Assembly: GCA_030141605.1 (NCBI GenBank)
Contig: JAQGDQ010000540.1
Span: forward strand, 84,306 to 148,305
DNA length: 64,000 bases
Source of the DNA: Tubiluchus corallicola
Lineage: Eukaryota; Animalia; Priapulida
Direction of reading: 5' to 3'
A program made the translations under genes and the position numbers. The notes beneath the pieces are model-generated. The model did no database searches and had not been told where the DNA came from. It worked only from the letters and a program-made list of their open reading frames with translations. Each line of letters opens with the position of its first letter. Positions within the stretch are counted from its first letter, which is position 1. This document shows positions 51,970 through 64,000 of this stretch, piece after piece.

Positions 51970-52035
51970 AATAATAATAACAATATCAACAACAACAAAA
52001 ACACCACCACCACCACCAACAACAATAATAATAAT
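51912..52035. repeat. (AAT)n microsatellite with AAC/CAC extension
   Basis: Direct reading. Confidence 0.9.
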
Positions 52036-52632
52036 ATCTCATAGATCTAAAGAATAACTGTAATAGTTGTCTTGGATATGAGAATGAAAGCTGTGCAATT
52101 GGCGTCTAACATAATGTCAATCATTTTCGTTGACTGCCCAATCAGCGTGCAAGTTATTTCCCACCCCTGCAGAGCTTAATTAACGCCGGTACGTTAGGGA
52201 CATTTAGCTACAGCTCTGTCTAATGCTGTTATGAAAAATGCTCAACTTTTCATTAGTTAGCGGGAGAAATATTGGCCTGGTTCTAGATTTTGTTATTGTC
52301 AATTGAAATTGCAAATGAATTAGTGGAAATATATTATCTAGTTTCGTTTATAGGAAGAAATGCACAACGTTTACGTCTATGAGTTGCTGATTAAACCATT
52401 TTGCAATCAAGAAAATACGCGGTTTAGTTTAGTTTATGGCTTTGCAAGTAAGACAAAAACAACTATTTGATTAACTTTAAATAAGGACAAAACAAAATGT
52501 TTTCTTTTCTGACCAGTTTTTATAAACCTCAATGCGATATTCACAGTCAAAATTAATTCAAATGTAGCCAAAACTTATATTATACATCAATGTAATATTA
52601 ATTAATTTTATGTTATTTTTCTGGTTATAATA

Positions 52633-52827
52633 ATGGTTAAAAGATGCCATTTTGATTTATGTGATTCGGACATTCAATATAAGGGTCGTCTATGGAATGG
52701 AAGAGTCAAATTTATTCCATTTCCGTAGCCTGACAAACGGAAAAATACAAAAACTGAATAAATCTTGTAGATGAGCACAGTAAATAGAGAAAAATACATC
52801 GCAGGCTTGATGTTCGTATGTTTAAAG
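52633..52827 (+). pseudogene. THAP zinc-finger domain remnant, probably from a DNA transposon
   Basis: MVKRCHFDLCDSDIQYKGRLWNGRVKFIPFP*PDKRKNTKTE*IL*MSTVNREKYIAGLMFVCLK: M-x3-C-x4-C...FP...VC pattern with three stops. Confidence 0.7.
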
Positions 52828-55800
52828 GCAAGAGAGACTTAATATTTTTGTCGCTAATTTATTGTAAAGCAAAGCTAACTGGCTTAGCTTCTTTATTATG
52901 CTTATGTCTCTGTATGTTGTAGTGCTTTGAAACTTCGTGTCTACATTCTGTTTAAATTGAAAAGTCATTTTTTGTCTGCTTAAAGTGTTAATTTCGTGTA
53001 AAAATAGCTGCTACTCTGCAAATCTGTTTATAAAAAAGCGCTGATTAGCCATTAGCTGTAACTGTCATGTTGTTTAGTTCAGTTTAGTTTAGCTTAGACA
53101 GTTGTTGTCCTGCGTGAGCTGTTGTTCCGAAGGCTGCTGAGCGTGCTTACGTTACAGCGGGGGCGGAGCGATAGACTAATATGTTTGACGTCAATTCTAT
53201 AGCTGTTCACCACTGGATTTTTGTAATATATCGCACCATTTATACCTTGAAAAGGTTGAACTTGTGTGGGTTTTTTCTAGCACCTTTTTTAACCGCCCCT
53301 CCCCAACCTTACATGAATTTTGCCTTTACGGCAAAGTAACTGTTCGCGGATAGAATACGTATGATTATCATTCATAATTAAATTAGCAAACAAACAGAAA
53401 TTAACCTGGTGAAATACACTTGACGTGACTGACAAAACAATAATTATAACGTTGAGACTATCAAGGAAAATTACTGCCAAAACTCGTGGCATTCTTGGAT
53501 GTTAACATTGCCACCACAAGGTGTCGCGGTACTCTGAGAATCAAATGGCACAAAAGACTTGAAAAAATGTTGCTTAACTGGACCGTTAACATTACTTATG
53601 TGTCATATCCGTCATGATTGAACTTTTTAAATTTTAGATCATTAGAGGCAAGAAGGTGGCATAAAAATTTAGTACTGATTTATCAAATCATATATAAAGA
53701 CATAATATAGACAGAAACCATTTTCTCATCAGTTGTGTTTAGTCGGACAAGAAGTAACAACTTGCTTAAATTGTAAGTCAAGCGATCTGCTAGAAAAATT
53801 TGGTCATTTTTATAATAGGGTTGTTCCGATTTGAAACAGTTTACCAAAATCTGTAAATGATGCACCATTAGTAAAAGCTCAAAATCCAAACCTCTTTAAA
53901 CGGCGATTAAATGATGTTAATTTAAATGTGTCCTTAATATTTACCAGGCATCTGTAAGAAGCGTTTGTTCTTTGTGTCTCCCTCACACCGCCCATCACTA
54001 TTATGTTGTTTTTATGCGTATGTATATATTATAATGTGTATTGCATGCTTTTATACGATGTATATGTGTGTGTGTATGTATATATGTTTTTTATTATTAA
54101 AGTATATCGTTCACTTTTTATTTAATGGGAAATAAACTTGAACTTGAACTTAAAATATATCGCCCGGAAGTAGTAGGTTGAATATCAAGTTACATTTTGG
54201 TTTATTTAATATAATAAAAATGCATTACTTTAGGCAAGCCGTTGCACTGCAGCTCACACACAGCTAACGCTCGTGCATATAGTGTCCAGAATTGCTGACC
54301 TCCATTATGTGTTCACCAGGGACCATGAGCTGCAACTGTTTGCTGCATCAAGGCTTCTTCGTCAATCTGCCAATAATCGTTGTGGATTGATTGCTGCACC
54401 CATTAGTTTAACAAGCTACGAGCATTTTCTCGCTGAATAATATTTGTAATGCATTTATCCACTCGTTTGCATAATTAATGATCGGACCACTACTAGCATC
54501 ATAACTCGTTACAACCACTAATTCTCTGTACTGGGAAAAAGCAGCATGAGAACGATTGACACACTACATGAAATGCGTTCGCACATTATTTATCATTGGA
54601 AAAAGATTGCAAAGTGATGCCGTCATTAAAGTCAATAGTAAAGCCTGCCCTACTCCCGGAACCATAAGACCCTAAAATGGCTTGCCAGGCAACAGGTTCC
54701 GCCCGTACAGAAAAACTAATACCAGGTTCTCAATCAGTACCTCAAAATACCTCTTGTTTCGTAATTTTCAGGTTTATATAGTTAACAGTGGGATCCTTGA
54801 GTTAGGCTCGAAATGTCTTAAAATGGCTCTATTTCTAAATTATTAATAGAAAAAATGACACCCAATTTTTCTACTAGAGGGAACCGAATCCATTTAAACA
54901 GAAAAACGATTTTAGCAAGAAAATCCCACGGGGTGACATAATGACCCCTACTTAGTCTAAAGATGTGATGTGCCAATATTAACAATGAAAAAACAACGTC
55001 CAGGTAATTTAATGGGTTTTAGGAAAACTCATTGCCTTGCATTAGCCCATGCCCAACATTACACCATTTTACTCTACACACTTATAGTCACTTTTCCGAA
55101 TTTTTTTCCAGGCTCTGATAACAAACGTAACCAAATATTGTAATAAGGGAGCGGGCAAAGAAGGGTAGAGTAACATCTGGCAGCACCTGAAAGAATGAAC
55201 ACAGAAACTGATGAGCAATTTTGTGCAAATTCTGCTAAACGAGCCTCTTTGGAAAGCAATCTTTTACAAAAGTTCAAGTTTAATCAAGTCTTCTTCCCAC
55301 CTGTAATGATGTTCACATCATGTAGGACGCTTTTTAATAACCATATAAAGACGGCTGTTTCGTACAGCTTCTCCAACCAGTCACGACTTAAATAGGTATA
55401 TTTACTTCAGGAATGCGAATGACCTAAAACAAATTTTAATTGCAAATACATTACCCGTTGTCGTCATCAGTTACGGTTTTTATTAGATTCGGCGTTGTTA
55501 ATGAGGCTGCAAGTAACTTATTTGTTCACATCTGTGTCCTCATTACAGCAATCGAAGCGAAAGCGCAGTTAATCAAGACAACAGCGGCCGAGGAAGCTGG
55601 AATAGACTGCAGAAAGATAGTGGGCTTCATTACACTGCAAAGGTTATACATATGCAACTCGTGACTGTAGGACAACCGAGCAAATAATAATCCGAAAAGG
55701 AATTAATTGTACATAATAGATCACCGGTCAAAGGGACCATCTTGTCAAAGAATTATTCGAAAAGTTCGCTGATGCAAACCCATCGGAAAAAACGACATTC

Positions 55801-58800
55801 GTTTTAACATCGCCATAGCAGTGAAACACGGGCTACTGTGTTCGCACCGACACGCACATGCACAGATTTTTCAGCGCGCACGCCCGAAAATTTGTTTCCA
55901 CTGTATCCACTCTCACTACGTAAGTAACATTCGTATTGGAAAGAGAGAAAATTTATGCTAGCCTAGGATAAAGAAGCATTTATTTCGTTTTTAATGGTTG
56001 AAGAAAGAGCAAATAGACAAAAATGTTCAAGCACAAGAAACCCTCCACTTACATAAAGCTTTGAAAATTCATCTTGAAATTTTATATCGCTTACATACTG
56101 CCTTTTTGCATGCAGGGCTTGCATCGGCAGTAACGCTGTATAAAAGTTGTAAATTTAAACTCCCGCGTTGACCGTTAGGCGCATCCATTTTAATGGCAGG
56201 TTGTTTGAAACAACTTTAGATAATATTTAGTGAAGTTTGAAAAGTTAATCAGACCATGCGTAACACACAAGTTAGTAACTAAGAAAAAATTTAAATTACT
56301 GTATCTTGTCAATAAGATTAAAAATACGTTTTTTGGTTAGTGAGTGGCGCACCCTGGGCGGTGGACCAGCAACATTTTGCCAATTGACGCGAACATTTCT
56401 TTATAGTTATATAACTCTCCAGCAGGTAAGCGAAATGCTAAGTAATATAACTTTGCATGGAAAGTTTTTTGGAACATAATTTAATATTGCCTTTTCTTCC
56501 CTTGATTTACGTATGCGTAGGTGACGTCATGTAATGGCGCCGTCGGAACAGCATTGCGGGACATTTAAAATGAAAACAAACAAAAATTCCTTTCAGCGCG
56601 AGTACGATATATGCATAAACTGCCGTATAAAGTAATATAAATTTTTAAGGCGATTTTTCTGAAACCTACTTCATGTACTCCTTTTCTTGTCCTTTAAGAC
56701 TGCTACCTGCTACTTTTCGTATTTTACCTGATTTGCACATTGCAGCAACAGGATAGGTAAATAATTACCCTAAATTTAGAAAAATGTGTAGAACAAAGAA
56801 TCGCAAAATTAGGCCTAAATTTACAAAAACGTTGGAGGAAACAAAATATAGAAATGAACTTTTCCGTCGGCAAAAAGATGTTAAAGTACGGATCAGCGCA
56901 AGTACGTTGCGTAACAATGCGTCAGTTTTTTTCCGTGTGACAATACAAAAAAACTTTTTTGTGTACATGTCTGTAGAAAGGCTTAAGGTATGCAGGTTAA
57001 GGTTTTTTCACATGTCCTTCTTGGGTGATTCTTTGAGAGGCATTGTTTGTCCTGTGTGCTTTCGATAGTGTCTGCTGGCGCACTTGCTTGTCCCGCGTCT
57101 CATACAATAATCACAAACCTAGAGTGCAACATGGTTTGTGATTATTGTAGAAGACATTATAGTGGCTGACTGCCGTACAAGACACTTGTTTGGCCAGGCA
57201 AGTGAGTAGTTAAAACAGACTCAGTTTAATGAGGAAGCTTCCAGCTGCTTGAAGACGTGCATAGGTTTGTAGTTGTCACTGTCAGTTTATCGAATTTCTT
57301 GTACGGGTGTTACAGCCACAAGTCACCTGGTGTCCAAAATCCAAACTATTTCTCATAGAAACATGATAAAAGCAGTTATTTCTCAAATATCGTATTATTA
57401 GTAAACCAGTTATGATTAAACTATCTTTTTGTTGTAGCAAAAATTTTCTCCTATGTGACATACTGAGCGTTCCGTCCATTGTGCACTTCAAAGTAAAAAG
57501 AGAAGAGCTGCTTGCATTAAGGGTACTGATAACTCAGGACAGCTGCCGTACTCCTTCGGTGATCTCTTTTTGTAAAAAACAAAAATTAGCAAAAATTTCT
57601 GAAAAAAAATTGTTAAAATTTGAATAATTGCAAAACATTGTTGATTTTCGTTCCTTTGTAAAGTGCTGACGAAATATATAACAATCATCGTAGAAAATTA
57701 TAAACAAACAAGAGAGCTGGAAATCTTGTTATCGCTGCCATAATAATTTTTATTCAGCAAGATCATTATTCATGACTAGTCGATTAAACAAACAATAATA
57801 TTTTATGTGAATCTTCCCGCCTGTGTGTATAGAAAAACTTGGAAAATTGAAATAATTATTTGTAAGATGAAAATTCTTGCTTTATTTCAGTGTAGAAATT
57901 TGTATTCGCCTGCAGCGGTCATCTTGCCATCAAATTAGAAATTACGTTTTATTTCCAGTCACGTTGCAACTAAACTTAATTTCTAGCAGATAATCTCACC
58001 AGAGCAACTCGAAGTGAAAGAAACAGCTAGTTTGCGCGCTGATTTTCTGACAAACAAATAACTTATTTTGCTAACTTTACAGCAATAGTGAAAAATATTA
58101 CATTTAAAATGATATTAATGGCTAATAGTTGCCATAGCAGAAACATTATTATTGTCATAAGCTTACATGCATTTTTATCTCTAGCATGTCAGGTCACATC
58201 TTTGTAACTACAGTGCTAATATGAATTTATTAATTAAAGGTCCACTGACAGCCTGGTAGATACTTGCTGTCAAAATTCACTATTGACTAGCTGATACAAA
58301 AAAGTGGCTTTATTTTCTTATAAACTCGCGTTTCGGTTTGGTTAGCGTTGAAACACTTCAAATTTAGCGCCGCACAGACAGAGAAATGAAAAATTCGAGA
58401 AGCGGAAGTGACATCACGTTAGGAACATCACGTTGTTCGCCCTTATTGCATCCAAAGTGTTATGAAAATATAACATTTACTCGCTAAATTGCAATAGAAC
58501 CATGCAGCATTTCAGGTTCGCGTTTCTTTAAAATGAGTTTTCCAAATGCGCCTTTTACAATAAATACAGTTGATCTGTGTGTGAGCTTAACTCAAATACG
58601 TAATGAATCAACAACCAAAATTAGAAGAAGATGTCGGCTCAAGTTTTCCAGTTCCCCACACAAGAAGTTAGTTCGAAGTTTAAGACTAGGGTTTAGGGTT
58701 AGGGTTAGGGTATTTAAATGGTGTGAAGAATTGCAAACTCCTTCCGCAGTGTCTCTAGAAACTAGTTGAGCCAAACAAAATTCAAACCCAGAACCTTGTG

Positions 58801-60624
58801 GTATCATACGTTCTAACCAGATGAGCTGTCAACCCAAATGGCCAAAACAAGTCTTAGTTCTCATACTAGTCAGCATGCAATCAGTCAAAACCGGCTATCA
58901 ATAGTAAAGCGAAACTAATTAATTAATAACCCCTAACACTGAACTCTTATTAAAAGTCATAACTATCAAAAATTAATCATTACAGGTACTTGACTTATAT
59001 ATACATAATACACATTATATTCATATAGCAAAACAGGAGTCCACAAATCAGTACATTTTTACAAAAATCCAAGTAAACGGAAATCAAAGCCAATCTATAG
59101 CCTTTAGCAGGTGATTTTTGTATACATAAACTTGAACTTGCATATTAAACTGTATAGCATTCTCTACATGTATTCAGCTCTATACTTAAACGTAATACTT
59201 ATTGACATGTGAGTAAGCACCATGCAGCTATAAATTACATCAGTCAGTACAAAAGTTACGCTTGTGTGAACATACAGAGCTATAACTCTAATGACTTTGT
59301 GATTATGGCAGTTACGTGGCTCAGATCCATCACATTTAGGGCTAATTTTCCTGATAGAATAATGCCGGGGTGGCATTAACACTCAGCCAGATTGCAACAC
59401 GGCATGGCACATCAAGAAATAAGCGCAACTGTAGGTAACTTTATTATTATTAAGGACCTCTGCGAATTCTAAATCTGACAAAATGTACATTAAGTTACAG
59501 TAACTCCCTCATCGCCATAATATCAAATACAGCTTTCATTTTGGAATAAGGCTAACTCCTTACAAAGGTCCAAAATGCTGTTATCGTGGCGATCTTTTCC
59601 TGACTTTTTATCCGACTATATTCTAAAAATGGTAACACTTGTCACTAATACTGTTATCCAGTTCATCTGTTTGTTGCATGGTAGGCGTTTAGACTAATAC
59701 GATAAAATTTTGCCCCGAATACCAATAAATAAAACAGATGAAATAAATGTAGTTCATAGTAATACTTGTTGTAGTTTACCAGATTAGTTGACGATACCGG
59801 TCTCGATTTCTTAAAATGATAGTGCTCTTAATTATTTGGGCAATATGACCTCATTTTACCTAAATGAAGCCTTTAGTGAAAGGCGTACACTTCGGCCGTT
59901 TTTTGCTACGTTCGCCGCAACGATACAATTATCGCCTCTGATGCGGCCAACTGTATGAACTTACCATCCTGATCGCCATCTTACTCAAGGCAAGAAATAA
60001 CCAAGCTACTTTTGCACAAACAAAAATTGTACAAAACAATCCTTAAGTCGTTCAAGTTGTGTTTATGTGAATCCACTCTGTGAATTCTTTGCACGCAAGG
60101 CGTTATGAGGAACTTTTTCGCGCAGGATTCAGAGCCAACTCAGCCAAGCAAGGCTAGCTCACTTCTACAATGACGCCTTCCAAAAATTTCTCACCAATTC
60201 ATATCAAGACGGATGCTTTACCACAGAAGCGGTAAAAGGAAGCTAAGCTTCCGAAGCTTGGCCTTCAGTTTGTAAAACATATCACTAATACATCTGCTTG
60301 TAATAATTATATACGTCGGCTTCTATTATATATTATTACTTTAGATACTAGCCTTTTAGATCCAGTAATAGATAAAGGAATGTCTCAATCTATGAGCGTT
60401 CAGACAGTTCTCACTCAAAAAGCAATAAAATCACATAATTATACTGTAATTATTACGGACTCTGTTCATCTGTTGCATAATTAATGATATTTGCATATTA
60501 AAGTTTTGTCACTACAGACCCCTACACACTCACATCATCGTACACAGACTCATATACAACATGGTAATAACAATTACATACACGTACTTTACGTAAGCTC
60601 GTTTAAAAAATCATCGCTATCTCC

Positions 60625-60890
60625 TCTTTTGTTACATTAATTTTGTTTCTGGTCAACTTGTAATCAAGATAATCGGTGACGTCACCATTTTGTATCTCGT
60701 GGTAAAACACGTTTTAAAACACCATATTGGTCCTTTGTTTCTAAACAGTGAGATCAGCTCTTTCGTTACTTTTCATTTTGGTCAACTTGTAAACTGACAA
60801 AGACAATCGATGACGTCACCATTTTGTGATGACGTTGTAAAACACATTTTAAAACAACAGATTGGTCCTTTATTTGTAAACAGTGAGATC
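60625..60890. repeat. Two diverged ~133-bp direct repeats downstream of the SPOP-like stop codon
   Basis: GGTCAACTTGTAA...TGACGTCACCATTTTGT...TTTTAAAACA...ATTGGTCCTTT...AAACAGTGAGATC occurs twice. Confidence 0.85.
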
Positions 60891-60962
60891 TGGCGTGTCT
60901 ATGTTACACACACTCAGCTCTAACCATAAATGCAATCGATAATCAGACGGAGGATGTTCGTT

Positions 60963-61216
60963 TCAAGATGCGTTGGAATTTGCTGGAACCTTGGCGGCTG
61001 TAGCTTTGAACACCGCTGTCATGAGTTCAGCCTTTTCAGCAAGTTTCTTCCAGTCCTCGCTGTCCGTCACCACATCAGTGCCATGTTGACTTATGAACTC
61101 CAGTGCCCTCTGCTTTAATTCTGTAATCTCGTGCTTGTCCGCAAGCAGTAGGGTGTTCACAACATTCTTCGTGGTCATGTTGTGCATCAACTCATGGACT
61201 GCCTCTTGCTTCAGGC
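60963..61216 (-). CDS. Last coding exon of a SPOP-like (MATH-)BTB-BACK protein; upstream exons not seen, probably beyond the window
   Basis: Acceptor TTTCTTTCAG|, phase 1. LKQEAVHELMHNMTTKNVVNTLLLADKHEITELKQRALEFI...SEDWKKL matches the BACK-like C-terminus of the SPOP family. Confidence 0.85.
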
Positions 61217-62151
61217 CTGAAAGAAATTGGAAATATTTAGTTTGCACAAATTTTCAGTGGCTATAGCGTTCTTCGCTAAGCGTTTTTCGGAGCAAAAAGC
61301 TCCTAAGCGGTTACGTTAACGTGTTACGAATTTCAAATTAAGTTTTATTCGTGTAGGAAGTCATTGGGCGATTTTGGCATCCACTTAGAAGCTTCAGAAA
61401 AATCCATGCGGGAAGTGCTTTTGTATCGATTTAACTCACGCAATAAATTAAACGCATTCAGCAATGCGACTTAACATGCAGAATAAATTAGTTGTGCGTT
61501 CTGTTATACGAAAAAGCGCGGAATAATTTGGTTTCGCATTTCACCACTTCTCGGTTACTCAAATTGTAAACGTAAAAATGTCTAGAGGAAACATAAATTA
61601 TTAAATTACATTCAATGTAAATTAGTTCTCATCATCATCACTCATAAACTGGAATTCAAAATTTTTGTACAGTGTGATGTAATGTAATGTATTTTGTGTT
61701 ATTTTGTGTAAGTACACGTTTTGGTTTAGTTTGAGAAACTTTATGCTTGTACTTTTGTAAGCTTTCCCGTTACTATGTGATTTCATCTGCAAATAGGTAA
61801 AAAAATTAATAAAAAGATACCTAGGAAAGTACATAGGAAACTTATCCAACTTTAGTAACTTTAAGTAACGCTCAATTGCAATTACATTTTGTACGTATCA
61901 CTTTGCTGTAAGAGTGTAGATCAAACATCGCAACAACTTATATTTACGGTGATTTCTAACATTACACGTTTTGAGTAACAACGTTCTCGTGTTAAGATGA
62001 CTGACTTTTGCAGACTAATGAACTATCTCTTGCAGTCATATTCAAAATAAGACACATTCACATCTTTCTGCACACTTCTGCATTAAAGGCAAAGGAAAGG
62101 AAATTTCAAAGTATGTCTCAAAAAAATTTATTTTCTTTTTATTATTACTTA

Positions 62152-63020
62152 TCTACTATTATATTAATATTCTTGGTATCTTAATATATATATATATTTA
62201 TTTATTTATATATAAGATTCGAGGCTACAGCCCGGACGAGGGCACCATTTGCGGCGATCTATATATCAAACGAAAGGTCTCGATCTAGTGTCGTGCCATT
62301 GATGGTTTATTTTTCGAATGGGGCCCACCGGGAAGAACGGGAGGCGAAAACCCCCCCAAAATGGCCCTTTTTCGGCCGTTTTTTGCAAAAGTTATACGGC
62401 TGAGATGTAGAGAACGGGAACGGGCCGAGGGTGGTGCTGGGTATGGATAGATAGCCCGTTCAGCGATGGGTGTCATAGGCCTATTTAGAATTCGCGAGAG
62501 GGCTAGGGCGCCCAGCAACGGGCGTTTTCCCGGACCCAACTCGCGATTTTTTCGAAATTTCGGCCAAACAGCCTGCGGGAAAAACGTTCTAGCGGCGCCC
62601 GGTGGGACTCTCGGAAGGAGATATATAGCTCTTTACAAAGAGGAAGGACAGGGCTACACGATGATGTGGGCTTTATTTTAGGGCAGGTCCACCGAGAGGA
62701 GTATCAACGAGTTAATTGGGAGTTCTATTTTCGGCAATTTTCGCTTAGAAAACTGCTGACGCAAAGCTATTGTTGTGACGTCATCCATTGTACTCTGCTG
62801 TAATCTTATAACTTTAATTCAGCAAAAAGCTGCCTGCTACGGGTTTGCGTTAGTTAAACAGACATACAGTAGGCATGATGTTACGGGCTTTGTGTTATAA
62901 ATGAGGACTAGGTAGGATGTTCGCGTATTATTGATTACACGTGTATTTATACGCAAAATCTTTTGCGGGGCCTTTGCTAGTCTATCTATCTATTATATTA
63001 ATATTCTTGGTATCTTAATA

Positions 63021-63060
<40 letters not shown>

Positions 63061-64000
63061 ATTCGAGGCTACAGTATATTATAATAAATCGATGTCTTTC
63101 TTGCAATATTAAGAATTTCAAAACAATAATGTTAAAACTCAGCGTTATGCTATCTTCTATATATTAAAATTCTTGGTATATATATATATAAGATTCGAGG
63201 CTACAGCTCGGACGATGGCACCATTTGCGGCGATCTATATATCAAACGAAAGGTCTCGATCTAGTGTCGTCTCATTGATGGTTTATTTTTCGAATCGGGC
63301 CCACCGGGAGGAAGGGGGGGGGCGAAAAACCTCCAAAAATGGCCATTTTTCGGCCGTTTTTTGCAAAGGTTCTGAGATATAGAGAACGGGAACGGGCCGA
63401 GGGTGGTGCTGGGTATGGATAGATAGCATTTATTGATTACACGTGTATTTATACGCAAAATCTTTTGCGGGGCCTTTGCTAGTTTTCTATTATTTTCTTA
63501 GTATCTACTATTATATTAATATTCTTGGTATATATATATATATATATATATATATAAGATTCGAGGCTACAGCCCGGACGAGGGCACCATTTGCGGCGAT
63601 CTATATATCAAACGAAAGGTCTCGATCTAGTGTCTTCTCATTGATGGTTTATTTTTCGAATGGGGCCCACCGGGAGGAACGGGGGGCGAAAAACCTCCGA
63701 AAATGCCCCTTTTTCGACCGTTTTTTGCAAAAGTTATACGGCTGAGATGTAGAGAACGGGAACGGGCCGAGGGGGGTACTGGGTATGGATAGATAGCCCG
63801 TTCAGCGGTGGGTGTAGTAGGCATATTTAGAATTCCCGAGAGGGCCACGGCGTCCCGCAACGGGCGTTTTCCCGGACCCAACTCGCGATTTTTTCGAAAT
63901 TTTGACCAAACAGCCTGCGGGAAAAACGTTCTAGCGGCGCCCGGTGGGACTCTCGGAAGGAGATATATAGCTCATCAAAAAGAGGAAGGACAGGGCTACA
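62152..64000 (+). mobile_element. Cluster of non-autonomous Helitron-like elements: 62152-62980 (full), 62981-63075 (5' stub), ~63153-63482 (internally deleted), 63504->64000
   Basis: 5' A|TCTACTATTATATTAAT, 3' hairpin CGCAAAATCTTTTGCG followed by GGGCCTTTGCTAG|T, no TIRs or TSDs, and a (TA)n tract near the 5' end. Confidence 0.72.

Noticed and set aside
56780-57010. piggyBac Cys-rich C-terminal remnant with TTAA ends
   Set aside because: Too degenerate; the Cys pattern needs several assumed changes.
62285-63881. Repeated short ORFs (65-100 aa) at the window end
   Set aside because: They are translations of the GC-rich interior of the Helitron-like repeat and have no recognisable domain.

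Overview
AT-rich, intron-containing eukaryotic DNA, most likely from an invertebrate animal (inferred from gene and TE content; the species cannot be determined here). 1-9141: a near-identical 4206-bp tandem array. Each unit is 2.07 kb of flank plus the left 2.13 kb of a hAT DNA transposon. Only the last copy is complete (6798-9141; 19-bp TIRs, 8-bp TSD CTCATGCA), and it sits inside an old Gypsy integrase. 9.4-14.0 kb: a decayed Gypsy LTR retrotransposon. 17.9-33.5 kb is the most striking structure. One Pro-rich coding exon is followed by six paralogous terminal exons (2 intact, 1 with a single stop, 3 decayed), each encoding or derived from the CD20/MS4A-like four-TM region with variable extracellular loops. 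This suggests a constant-exon plus variable-last-exon receptor diversification locus. Further on: an intronless, divergent BPNT1-like gene; two tandem minus-strand genes for probably secreted Thr-rich/TSP1-like proteins; a THAP remnant; several MITEs and a SINE; the last exon of a SPOP-like BTB-BACK gene; and a tandem cluster of non-autonomous Helitron-like elements. Family assignments come from motif recognition by eye, not database searches.
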